64,000 nt of DNA, taken from a virus. Within the stretch, counting starts at the first letter, position 1, and the number at the start of each line of letters is the position of its first letter. A model generated the notes under the pieces. That model worked only from the letters and a program-made list of their open reading frames with translations. It was not told where the DNA came from and did not search any database. Both the position numbers and the translations under genes were made by a program. The stretch is taken from IMG/VR virus record IMGVR_UViG_3300042945_001689, positions 32,001 through 96,000 of that record. One strand, 5' to 3'. Positions 38,852-47,263 of this stretch are shown piece after piece.

Positions 38852-39145
38852 ATGGCAAATATGAAGAAAATTATGGATGCAACAAATGATGCTATCCATA
38901 CTAATGAAATTTCAGATGAGGCTTCAGGTCTTGTAGCAACTATCGCAGAAGGTCTGCCACTTGATGTAATTATCAAAGAGTTATACCAATACTCGCAAGC
39001 CTTATCTGCTATGGTACTAACAAAAGTTTTGCACACCATGTATGATGCCGAAACTATTGAGAACATGATAGATGGCTACCAAGATGAACTTACCGCAGAA
39101 ATGTTTGATGAGATTGAAAACTATCTTCAGAAAGAAGGAAACTAA
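38852..39145 (+). CDS. Acidic helical hypothetical protein
   Basis: GAAAGGA RBS favours start MANMKK at 38852. Confidence 0.65.
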   Translation: MANMKKIMDATNDAIHTNEISDEASGLVATIAEGLPLDVIIKELYQYSQALSAMVLTKVLHTMYDAETIENMIDGYQDELTAEMFDEIENYLQKEGN

Positions 39146-39146
39146 T

Positions 39147-39548
39147 ATGCCTATTCCAGATAACTCGTGTCTAGTAACTATCAACTCACTAAATGAGGAG
39201 ATTGCTTTACTAAAATCACAACTAGGAGATGCTCTTAGTAACTCACAAAGACACTATGAATACTATGAAAAACTGCAAAACTCTATTCGTTATTTCTTTG
39301 AGAGCAATCGTAGTGATGCTACTTGTGAGTTTGACATTGACAATGTAAATGCTTTCCTTGCTGAAAATAGCATTGAACCGCTAAAGCGTGAGTATCGTGT
39401 TGAGTTCCGAATTGAAGGAACAATTCTTGTGGAAGCAGAAAACGAAGATGAAGCACAAGATATAGTAAATGAACTTGATGTAACGCATTGGACTGCTGAA
39501 GTTGAAAATTTTGAAGCAGAAGCAACTAATGTAGAAGCAACCTACTAG
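39147..39548 (+). CDS. Acidic hypothetical protein
   Basis: GAAGGA RBS favours start MPIPD at 39147. Confidence 0.65.
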   Translation: MPIPDNSCLVTINSLNEEIALLKSQLGDALSNSQRHYEYYEKLQNSIRYFFESNRSDATCEFDIDNVNAFLAENSIEPLKREYRVEFRIEGTILVEAENEDEAQDIVNELDVTHWTAEVENFEAEATNVEATY

Positions 39549-39716
39549 TTTTTCCGTAGGGGAAAAAGTCCTGAGCATGACTAAAAACTGCTCACCACCC
39601 GCGGGGGTGTGACATTGATCACAGTGTGTTCTTTATCACATAACGATATTTTAGGATGATTTGACTTTGACTTTGATTTACGATAAAATTAGAATATCAA
39701 CTGAAAGGATAAAAAT

Positions 39717-40697
39717 ATGGCTCATGAAATCGAAATAATCAACGGTGAGGCTTCTTTTGCTTCATTGCGTGAACCTGCGTGGCATGGTTTAGGTACCGTG
39801 TTTACAGAAGAGAAAACAACTAGCGAAATGCTAGAGTTAGCAAATCTGCAAGACTGGAATGTAAGATTAGAAGAGGTCGAGGCTCCTGCTACTCTAACAT
39901 CAGACAAAAATTATTTCTATGTAGTACGAAATAATCCCGTAATCGAAAATCAAAACGATATTTTAGGTATTGTTGGAGAACGTTACAATGTATTGCAAAA
40001 TGAACAACTATTTGATTTTGCAGATGCAATGCTAGATGGTGGACGATGGGAAACCGCTGGCTCACTACGAGGTGGACGTGTAGTATTTGGTAGCCTTGCA
40101 CTAGATCGTGAAACCGTACTAGACCCTAATGGCGTTGCAGATAAAATCAACACCTATCTGATAGTCAATACATCACACGATGGTTCTATCTCAATTCAAG
40201 CAAGCGTTACCCCCGTACGTGTAGTGTGCGCTAACACATTGAACTTTGCTTTGCGTAGTGTAAAGCAATCCTTCAAGATTCGCCACACACAAACTGCTAA
40301 TGGTAAAGTACAATCCGCTAAGACTGCTCTAGGTATTGCTAACGCATACATGGACGACTTTAGCGTTATGGCAAACAAGATGATTCAGACTGAATTATCC
40401 GCTAAGCAATTCAACGATATTCTTCTCACCGCTTACCCTAAGCCTGATAAGGATTCTAAGCAAGCCCTAACCAAGTGGACAAATAAAATTGACACTCTCA
40501 ATGATATTTACACTGGCGAATTCAATCACATGATTTCGGGTAATGCGTGGGGCGCTCTTAATGCAATGACTGAACGCATTGACTGGTTCAGAGGTCAAGG
40601 TGAAACTAAGTTAGCAGCAGCAAGTGGTTTTGATGTTGCGACTAATGCAGAAAAAAATCGTTTAATGAAAATCGTAAATGATTTTGTAGCAGCGTAA
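39717..40697 (+). CDS. DUF932-family phage/plasmid protein
   Basis: MAHEIE...AWHGLG...NTSHDGS...TPVRVVCANTL; TTGACT-17-TAAAAT promoter at 39661. Confidence 0.85.
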   Translation: MAHEIEIINGEASFASLREPAWHGLGTVFTEEKTTSEMLELANLQDWNVRLEEVEAPATLTSDKNYFYVVRNNPVIENQNDILGIVGERYNVLQNEQLFDFADAMLDGGRWETAGSLRGGRVVFGSLALDRETVLDPNGVADKINTYLIVNTSHDGSISIQASVTPVRVVCANTLNFALRSVKQSFKIRHTQTANGKVQSAKTALGIANAYMDDFSVMANKMIQTELSAKQFNDILLTAYPKPDKDSKQALTKWTNKIDTLNDIYTGEFNHMISGNAWGALNAMTERIDWFRGQGETKLAAASGFDVATNAEKNRLMKIVNDFVAA

Positions 40698-40733
40698 ATA
40701 AATATCCTGAGCATGATATAAAACTGCTCATCT

Positions 40734-40810
40734 GATTCCATAGATCAATTGGTTAGATCGCCACCCTGTCACGGTGGAGGTTGCGGGTTCAAGTCCCGTT
40801 GGAATCGCCA
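40734..40810 (+). tRNA. tRNA-Asp(GTC) with encoded CCA
   Basis: Acceptor GATTCCA/TGGAATC, anticodon arm CCACC-CTGTCAC-GGTGG, GGTTCAAGTCC T-arm. Confidence 0.93.
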
Positions 40811-40949
40811 AAGGTTGGTGCAACACCCGCGGGGTTATCCACAGGTTATTCACATGATGAACGGTAAATCAAATTTTAAATCTAAAACATACTTTTTCCC
40901 TTTATTAAGAAGAGTTGACTTTTTCCTGGAATCAGGGTAAAATATTAAT

Positions 40950-41168
40950 ATGACCCAAAAAGTTGCAATTTACGAAATGAATTACTCTTGCTCTCCTGGC
41001 GGTATTGACTGCTGGGAAGCAACCATTCAAGGTTATGGTACTAGTACTACTGCCTCTGACTTTAAAAATGCTGGAGAGGCTCTTAATTGGGTACTTGACA
41101 GATACCCTGACGAAATGTTAGAATTGGTAGTAACTTCAATTCCTGCCTACGAAAAGGAATATGTATGA
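40950..41168 (+). CDS. Small early protein
   Basis: Leaderless after TTGACT-17-TAAAAT. Confidence 0.65.
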   Translation: MTQKVAIYEMNYSCSPGGIDCWEATIQGYGTSTTASDFKNAGEALNWVLDRYPDEMLELVVTSIPAYEKEYV

Positions 41169-41328
41169 CCCAAACAACCTACAAACCTTATACTATAAAT
41201 GAACTAGTCATGGCTATCTATGAAGATAACCTATCACATTTTGAATTTATGGAAAACATGAATGGGGGAGACTGTGATTGTTCTCTCCATAATACTATGA
41301 ATACTATTGTTGAATACTGGGGAGAATA

Positions 41329-41604
41329 ATGGGACGTAATCTAGCAGAAGAGTTAGCAAGCAATTCTTTATTGGATGAGATTAAATTAGATAATGCTATA
41401 GCGATACACTTACGGGGTAATCACTATCCCCCGATTCCTTTGACTATGGTCCAGCCATGTATCGAAGCAATTGACGCATATTGGGATGAGGATTTAGACC
41501 ATATGATTGATCTGCCAGAGGGCGTCTTCTATCGTGGTAGTGACAAGGCTCCTGCTTGGGCCATTATTGAATCACATCATCTTGGCGCTTGGTGTGCAGA
41601 TTGA
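41329..41604 (+). CDS. Hypothetical protein
   Basis: GGGAGA RBS; HLRGNHYPP. Confidence 0.7.
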   Translation: MGRNLAEELASNSLLDEIKLDNAIAIHLRGNHYPPIPLTMVQPCIEAIDAYWDEDLDHMIDLPEGVFYRGSDKAPAWAIIESHHLGAWCAD

Positions 41605-41781
41605 GGTGTACCTCATGTGGAAGTAAGATAACCTTTGAAAGCCAGGATGAAAGAGGATTCTGGTCCTGCCAGGATTGTGGGCAACCTACAGAAGAAGAGG
41701 GTTGACCTTATTAAGAAATGCTTGACATTTTCCCCAAAACCTGCTAAAATTTAATTACGAACCAAGTAGAAAGAACCCGAA

Positions 41782-42009
41782 ATGAAAACATCAAGACTAG
41801 ACCCATACTTACAAAAACAAGTTGAACTAGGCTCATCTGGCATAGACATTATGCATGGAGCATTAAAGACTATTATGCATGAGTTTGAAAACAAAACCTT
41901 TGAGGACAAATCATATGAAGAAGGATATATGGATTGTCTTGTTGACCTATACAGTTTGACCTACGATATCTCATTTGCTATCATGGATAATGAGAGAAAG
42001 GATACGTAA
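41782..42009 (+). CDS. Hypothetical protein
   Basis: Follows TTGACA-17-TAAAAT at 41722. Confidence 0.65.
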   Translation: MKTSRLDPYLQKQVELGSSGIDIMHGALKTIMHEFENKTFEDKSYEEGYMDCLVDLYSLTYDISFAIMDNERKDT

Positions 42010-42169
42010 TGGCAACATATCGTTTTATGACTGGTACTTGGTATGAGATTACCCTGCCAGATAACAAGGTAGATTTAGAGGGTTATTTCCCTGAAGAGTT
42101 ACATGATGCATACTTTGATAACTGTCTACCCGAAGATGTTCAAGTATACGAAGTTGAAGCGGACCATAT

Positions 42170-42364
42170 ATGGGACAATTGATTGAGTATATTAAGATAC
42201 ATCTAATTAGTTTAAGACAAGATTGGGAAGATGCTATTAATAACATAGACCTAATTGATTCTGAGTACCATCCTTCTGATGATTATTTTGAAGGAGCAAT
42301 TGAGGCAACAGAGCACCTGTTGTCAGTGGCAGAAGGTATACTTAATGGTGGAGAGGATAGATAA
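42170..42364 (+). CDS. Hypothetical protein
   Basis: ORF in the co-oriented early array. Confidence 0.55.
   Translation: MGQLIEYIKIHLISLRQDWEDAINNIDLIDSEYHPSDDYFEGAIEATEHLLSVAEGILNGGEDR
42321..42342 (+). promoter_or_regulatory. RecA-NDp/PafBC-like promoter 7 (inside the 3' end of the upstream ORF)
   Basis: TTGTCAGTG-N8-TATACT. Confidence 0.65.
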
Positions 42365-43011
42365 TGCCAAATTGGGTATACAATCAGGTATCTATCAAGG
42401 GACCTGAGAATCAGATAGCAGATATCAAGGAACAACTTAATCAACCATATACTAGTATTCAAGATAACTACAATCATGAAACTAAAAAATGGGAGAAAAA
42501 AGAGTTTGCATATAGTAATCCTATATTTGCATTTTGGAATATCCATCGACCATTAGACATGAAAACATATAATTTGCAAGAAGACCCCAATGCAGATAAA
42601 ACTAAACTATTTGATGGCAATAACTGGTATAACTGGAATGTTCGTGAGTGGGGTACTAAATGGGATGTTGGACTTAGAGACGATGAAAGATTTACTGATA
42701 CTGAGTTAATAGAAGAGACTAGTGGTTCATTAGTTTATTCTATACATACCGCTTGGGCTCCCCCTGTTCCTGCCATCCAAAAATTATCTAAGTTTGTGCC
42801 TGATTGTATTGTTACTCTTACCTATCAAGAAGAGCAAGGCTGGGGTGGCGAGGTAATTTATCTTGATGGCTTGGCTGTTATTGAGAAAGAATACGACTCT
42901 CTATGCAATGAGTGCGATGCAGAAAACACTATGGAATACTGTGAGCATTGCGAAGTTGAGACATGCACTGCTTGCGCCTTTCCTTCCTGTACCCATTTAG
43001 TACAGGCATAG
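42364..43011 (+). CDS. YubB/DUF1281-like ferredoxin-fold protein with C-terminal Cys cluster
   Basis: MPNW..N, WYNWNVREWGTKWD, TAWAPP motifs. Confidence 0.7.
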   Translation: MPNWVYNQVSIKGPENQIADIKEQLNQPYTSIQDNYNHETKKWEKKEFAYSNPIFAFWNIHRPLDMKTYNLQEDPNADKTKLFDGNNWYNWNVREWGTKWDVGLRDDERFTDTELIEETSGSLVYSIHTAWAPPVPAIQKLSKFVPDCIVTLTYQEEQGWGGEVIYLDGLAVIEKEYDSLCNECDAENTMEYCEHCEVETCTACAFPSCTHLVQA

Positions 43012-43073
43012 GTTGACAAACTGCAGCGGTAACGGTAGAATATATATACAACTAAAACTATGAGAGGATAGCA

Positions 43074-43439
43074 ATGGGAGATAGAACTAATTTTCACTTT
43101 AAAGTAAATGAAGACACCTTGACTTTGTACAGTCACTGGGGTGGTACCTGGCGTAAACAAGATTTGGCTCGTGCACTGAGTGTAGCAATGCCACGAATCC
43201 AAATGGGAGATATCGACTATGCATTGCGTGTTTGTATCTCACAATTGATTGGAGCAGATTGGAATCAGGAAACTGGTTTTGGTCTACGCATTAATAACCC
43301 GCAGGGTGCTGAAGAAGAATATGGATTTTTAGAAATCAACTTTAACAATGGCACAGTCCAGGATGATGACATTGTCAAGCCAATCCAGGAATTCATTTCC
43401 TACCACTTGACACAAGCAGCAACAACTGCTACAATTTAA
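43074..43439 (+). CDS. Conserved phage hypothetical protein
   Basis: MGDR...LYSHWGG; TTGACA-17-TAGAAT promoter at 43013. Confidence 0.7.
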   Translation: MGDRTNFHFKVNEDTLTLYSHWGGTWRKQDLARALSVAMPRIQMGDIDYALRVCISQLIGADWNQETGFGLRINNPQGAEEEYGFLEINFNNGTVQDDDIVKPIQEFISYHLTQAATTATI

Positions 43440-43470
43440 TAACCACAACCCTAACCGAAAGGAGCCAGCA

Positions 43471-43635
43471 ATGGCAACTAAGAAAGCAGCAAAAGCAAAG
43501 ACATACCCATATCTTGAAACTTGGGACACACGGTATGGCCTCTCCCAACGTGTGGTCCTACGTAAGAACGGCAAGTTTGTAGACAATGTCTCGCTTGACG
43601 CTCTTAAGCGAGGCCAACGGGTAGGCTCTCGCTAA
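43471..43635 (+). CDS. Small basic protein (54 aa)
   Basis: GAAAGGAG RBS; TTGACA-17-TACAAT promoter at 43407; hairpins downstream. Confidence 0.65.
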   Translation: MATKKAAKAKTYPYLETWDTRYGLSQRVVLRKNGKFVDNVSLDALKRGQRVGSR

Positions 43636-43732
43636 ATCAGTGAGGAATGGGTTCCCTCACTAACTAGGGGGGCGTTGGGTCTGCGACTTGCGCCCCTCTT
43701 TACTTTTTGGTACAATTCAATAAGGGAGAAAA

Positions 43733-43966
43733 ATGACTAGATTATTTAGACCAACAAGACAGACTAAGGAGGAAAAGGCTGCAGTAGAGATAGGTGACAT
43801 CCTATCAGACTTTAGACTTGACTTAGATTCACTTGGTTACTATGTAGCAAGGTCTAACCCCTATGTTATTTATCGTAGGTTTGAGGCTGTTGCGGAATCA
43901 GCATTATTAGAACGTGAAGGTTTAGATGATACAAGAATGGAGAACTACAATGACAGACTTCTATAA
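43733..43966 (+). CDS. Hypothetical protein
   Basis: GGGAGA RBS. Confidence 0.65.
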   Translation: MTRLFRPTRQTKEEKAAVEIGDILSDFRLDLDSLGYYVARSNPYVIYRRFEAVAESALLEREGLDDTRMENYNDRLL

Positions 43967-44228
43967 GGCATGTGCTATTCTATCTGAGTTATACATGGGG
44001 TATGGAGATGACCCAGAGTTTAGAGATTTTATAGAATACAATGATATTGGAATACCACTTGCTCACTTTGTAAATGACGGGCTGGTAAGAGAACTTGGCG
44101 ACTCAGCAAATATCTATATAGAGGAAACATTCTCACTACTATGTAAGTCACTAGGATACAAGGGTGCTACATATGATTTTGATAATTTAGATGATTTATT
44201 AGAAATGGCTCCTAGTAAAGAAGAGTAA
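43926..44228 (+). CDS. Acidic hypothetical protein
   Basis: FRDFIEYNDIGIPLA; true start probably MTDFY. Confidence 0.65.
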   Translation: MIQEWRTTMTDFYKACAILSELYMGYGDDPEFRDFIEYNDIGIPLAHFVNDGLVRELGDSANIYIEETFSLLCKSLGYKGATYDFDNLDDLLEMAPSKEE

Positions 44229-44344
44229 GGTTTGGGCAGATCCTCTACTTCCCTGGAGGATCGGCCTGATCGCGGCACCCGCGGGAAACTATATCAAGTG
44301 ACCGTGGTCCCCATGGCAAATCATATCAAATTGGACATATTGGA

Positions 44345-45170
44345 CAAACCTTATTTTCCCAAACCTTATTACGAAGACAATTATATTTTCCCAAAACCAT
44401 ATTACGAACATGATTATATTTTCCCAAACCCTTATTACGAAACATTAAAAAAAATCCCAGAAACTTTAGTGTTATAATAGTTTTATGAGTCCAAGAGTCC
44501 ATTTTGCTAAAGAAATGTATGGTCCTTATTTCCTAGAATCCAAACACTTTAGTTGTGATTGTGATAAAGATAAGAAGCCTATTCATCCTATACGTAAGTT
44601 TATAGATCGTCTCTTTCGTATCCCCGCCAAAGTAGAGGTCGAGCAGGTCCCTGAGCAGCCCAAGCCAAAGACGTCCAAGCCAGCCACCCAGGAAGAGATT
44701 GACGCCTACAATTTTCGGCGGGAACAACGTAAACAATCTAATCAATAATACCCCTATATAAAACATTACGATACCAAACCTTTTTTCCTGGTTTTCTTTT
44801 ATTTATCAAACCTTTATATAATTTTATTACGAAATATTTTAAAATATCCTAAAATTTGTTATCAAATTGTTATACATATTTGGCAACTTGACAAACCTTT
44901 ATATCTATGATATGGGGGATATGGGGTTTGGGATATAAGGTTTGAAGGTTTGATGGTTTGAAGATATAAGGTTTGGAGATAAGAGGTTTGGCCCCTAGAC
45001 ATTACGACCCCATCTGTCTAAGCGCTCCATAACCCATTACTCTCCACTTTCCTCCACTATACACCAAACCATACTATCTCAGTAACATTTATTTCATCCA
45101 AACCTCCCTATTACAATAGCCTTTATAGGTCATATAAGCCTATTTGCGAGGGGATATTAAACACCCAAAC
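44345..45170. repeat. Iteron-like repeat field
   Basis: Three ~33 bp units TATTTTCCCAAA(N)CCWTATTACGAA, further ATTACGA and AAACC copies, then a run of inverted GGTTTG copies. Confidence 0.75.
44485..44748 (+). CDS. Hypothetical protein
   Basis: TGTTATAAT promoter directly upstream (leaderless). Confidence 0.55.
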   Translation: MSPRVHFAKEMYGPYFLESKHFSCDCDKDKKPIHPIRKFIDRLFRIPAKVEVEQVPEQPKPKTSKPATQEEIDAYNFRREQRKQSNQ

Positions 45171-45377
45171 CATACTTCTTGGCCATAAAAGGATATATAC
45201 TTATATGTATGTCCGACTTTCTATGTGATATCTGTGATCGCTCTTTGGCCAAATATGTAACCATCAAAGCAGCATATTGTAGTACATGCTATAGAGATGA
45301 AGTCCTATTGGATCAAATAGACTAATGCTTCATACTGGGGCTATGTTCTTATATAGGTATTAATGGTCTTTCTTGAT

Positions 45378-45626
45378 TTACCCCGCAGTGCAAGGTTCAA
45401 GCACTCTATGAGATACAAAATCACCACAAGGACATAAACCTGCTCTACATTCACATTCATCTAGGTTTATCAAACTCTCATTAACAGGTAGAGGGGCACA
45501 TGACTTATTACTTTCATGAGAAACATACTCTCCACATGGAGAAAAACCTATTTTTCCATAGTCATAAAAATGTGATCCAATTGGAGTATGAGCACAACTT
45601 TTAGGATTTATTTCTTTGTTTTCCAT
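45378..45626 (-). CDS. Small Cys/His-rich protein
   Basis: Internal repeat PCG(E/D)(Y/F)VSH. Confidence 0.5.
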   Translation of the reverse strand: MENKEINPKSCAHTPIGSHFYDYGKIGFSPCGEYVSHESNKSCAPLPVNESLINLDECECRAGLCPCGDFVSHRVLEPCTAG

Positions 45627-46111
45627 ATATGTATCTTATCATACTGTTTTATTATAAGGGTGATGAGGGTCTTTATTGACTTCCCGCCGAACTTGACAAC
45701 CTATCCGCCGAACTGTATAATGAATATATGAGCATAGACGACATGACATTAAGAGAAGAAATAGCAAGGGCTATAGAGGCTATACCTATTGAGCCTGGAG
45801 TAACCAATGCTTTGGGTATGCGTATTGCTGCTGCTGAAATTGCAAGAGGGTTAGACAATTACATGACTCAGTGGTTTGAAAGACAGGTTGATTTTGAATA
45901 AGAATGAATGTGTGAAATGTGAGATGCATCACAAAGATCCTTTATTCTGGGAAAGTCATCAAACCATGACAGATAATAGAATTTGGTGTGTTTATGGAAG
46001 ATAAGTGTAGCCATACTTGGTATATGCGAGAACCAGGTATCCAGTGTACAAAATGTGGAGATATTTGGCAATCCGAGAATACTAACACATAGTGCTCGTG
46101 TAGAGCATAAG

Positions 46112-46145
46112 GGTGTTTACTGTTCTATTTACCGCCGAACTTTAA
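46112..46145. repeat. 34 bp direct repeat (second copy 47251-47284) flanking pstS
   Basis: GGTGTTTnnTGTTCTATTTACCGCCGAACTTTAA, last 25 bp identical. Confidence 0.9.
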
Positions 46146-47185
46146 GACTTAGATCCAATTAGTGCAATTTGCGCTTTTGCTATAGTTAGCGCCGAGCCTG
46201 TAAGTGGAGAGTATTCCAATTTTTTGGCTGAAAGAGTAGCGCATGAAGTGGCAGTATACTTAAAGAATCCTTTGATTATATTTGCCTTATCGCTTGCTTG
46301 TGTTGGTGCTAGGCCATAAGAGAACGAGGATATGTTGTAAGCCTTCTTATCCTTGTTGTTATAGTTTGGAACAATGATGCCATTTCCTTCAGGCTCAAAA
46401 TCACTTAGGAATGCAGAGGCTGCTTCAGATGTAGGTTGCATAAACACACCAGCACCATTTTCAATAAATGCCTTAGCAAGATTTTGATTTGTAGCATAAG
46501 AAGATTCCATATATCCTATTGCGCCATTTGTACGTGCAACCTGAGATGCCATAAGATTAGTTCCAGCAACAGAACTAAAAGTTCCTAAAGGTAATTGAGT
46601 TTTTGGAAATGCTTGTGTAAAAGACTTGTTTGGAGCCTTTGTCCAGATTGATGGAGCAATAGCACTAAGATATTCTGTTACTACTTGAGTTGTTCCAGAA
46701 CTATCTGCACGATAGAAAACCATTATTTGTAGGTTTGGTAGTTTTGGTTTTACTTTCTTTATAGTATTATCTTTAACTATTTGAGGATCATTCCACTTTG
46801 TTATATCCCCTGCAAAAATTTTAGCCAATGTTTTTTTCTTTAATTGAATCTTGCCTTTGTACCCATCAATTCTATATGCAATTGCAATAGGGCCTGCTAC
46901 TAATGGAACATACACAAAATCTTTTTCTTTATTAATTTGTGAAGCAGCAACATCACTTGCTGCAAAATCAACAGTGCCTAGCATAAACATATTAATTCCA
47001 GCACCTGATCCTAGTGCTGTGTATTCTATGCTATGTCCAGAGGCTTTTCCATATTGAACACGGCATTCATCAATAAAGTTAGCAATGAATGATGAACCAG
47101 AACCCGTAAGTTGATCTGCATGGGCTGGTTGGGCGATGAGTAAAGATGCAGCGATTGCTGCTACGATAAATCTAGAAGATTTCAT
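46142..47185 (-). CDS. pstS: Phosphate ABC transporter substrate-binding protein
   Basis: Signal peptide; GSGSSF, GSGAG, DFAASD, IFAGDITKWNDPQI, RADSSGTT, GAIGY.E motifs. Confidence 0.93.
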   Translation of the reverse strand: MKSSRFIVAAIAASLLIAQPAHADQLTGSGSSFIANFIDECRVQYGKASGHSIEYTALGSGAGINMFMLGTVDFAASDVAASQINKEKDFVYVPLVAGPIAIAYRIDGYKGKIQLKKKTLAKIFAGDITKWNDPQIVKDNTIKKVKPKLPNLQIMVFYRADSSGTTQVVTEYLSAIAPSIWTKAPNKSFTQAFPKTQLPLGTFSSVAGTNLMASQVARTNGAIGYMESSYATNQNLAKAFIENGAGVFMQPTSEAASAFLSDFEPEGNGIIVPNYNNKDKKAYNISSFSYGLAPTQASDKANIIKGFFKYTATSCATLSAKKLEYSPLTGSALTIAKAQIALIGSKS

Positions 47186-47202
47186 AATTTAATGATACCA
47201 GG

Positions 47203-47246
47203 AGTATTTTAATTTAGGGTAAATAGAAAAAGAACATCTAATTAAC
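47203..47246 (-). promoter_or_regulatory. Putative PHO box upstream of pstS
   Basis: GTTAA / GTTCT / ATTTACCC / ATTAA at 11 bp period, just upstream of a TGGTATCAT -10. Confidence 0.45.
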
Positions 47247-47263
47247 AGTAGGTGTTTGATGTT

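Noticed and set aside
35863-40730. Hairpin repeats as a CRISPR array or hammerhead ribozymes
   Set aside because: Spacing is irregular (85 bp to over 2 kb) with genes in between and no cas genes; the CUGAUGA/GAAA core and three-stem junction are absent.
40749-40940. 63 aa ORF
   Set aside because: Overlaps tRNA-Asp and the regulatory block.
44232-44477. 81 aa ORF with YIFPKPYYE repeats
   Set aside because: TTG start without RBS; the peptide repeats simply mirror the 33 bp DNA repeats.
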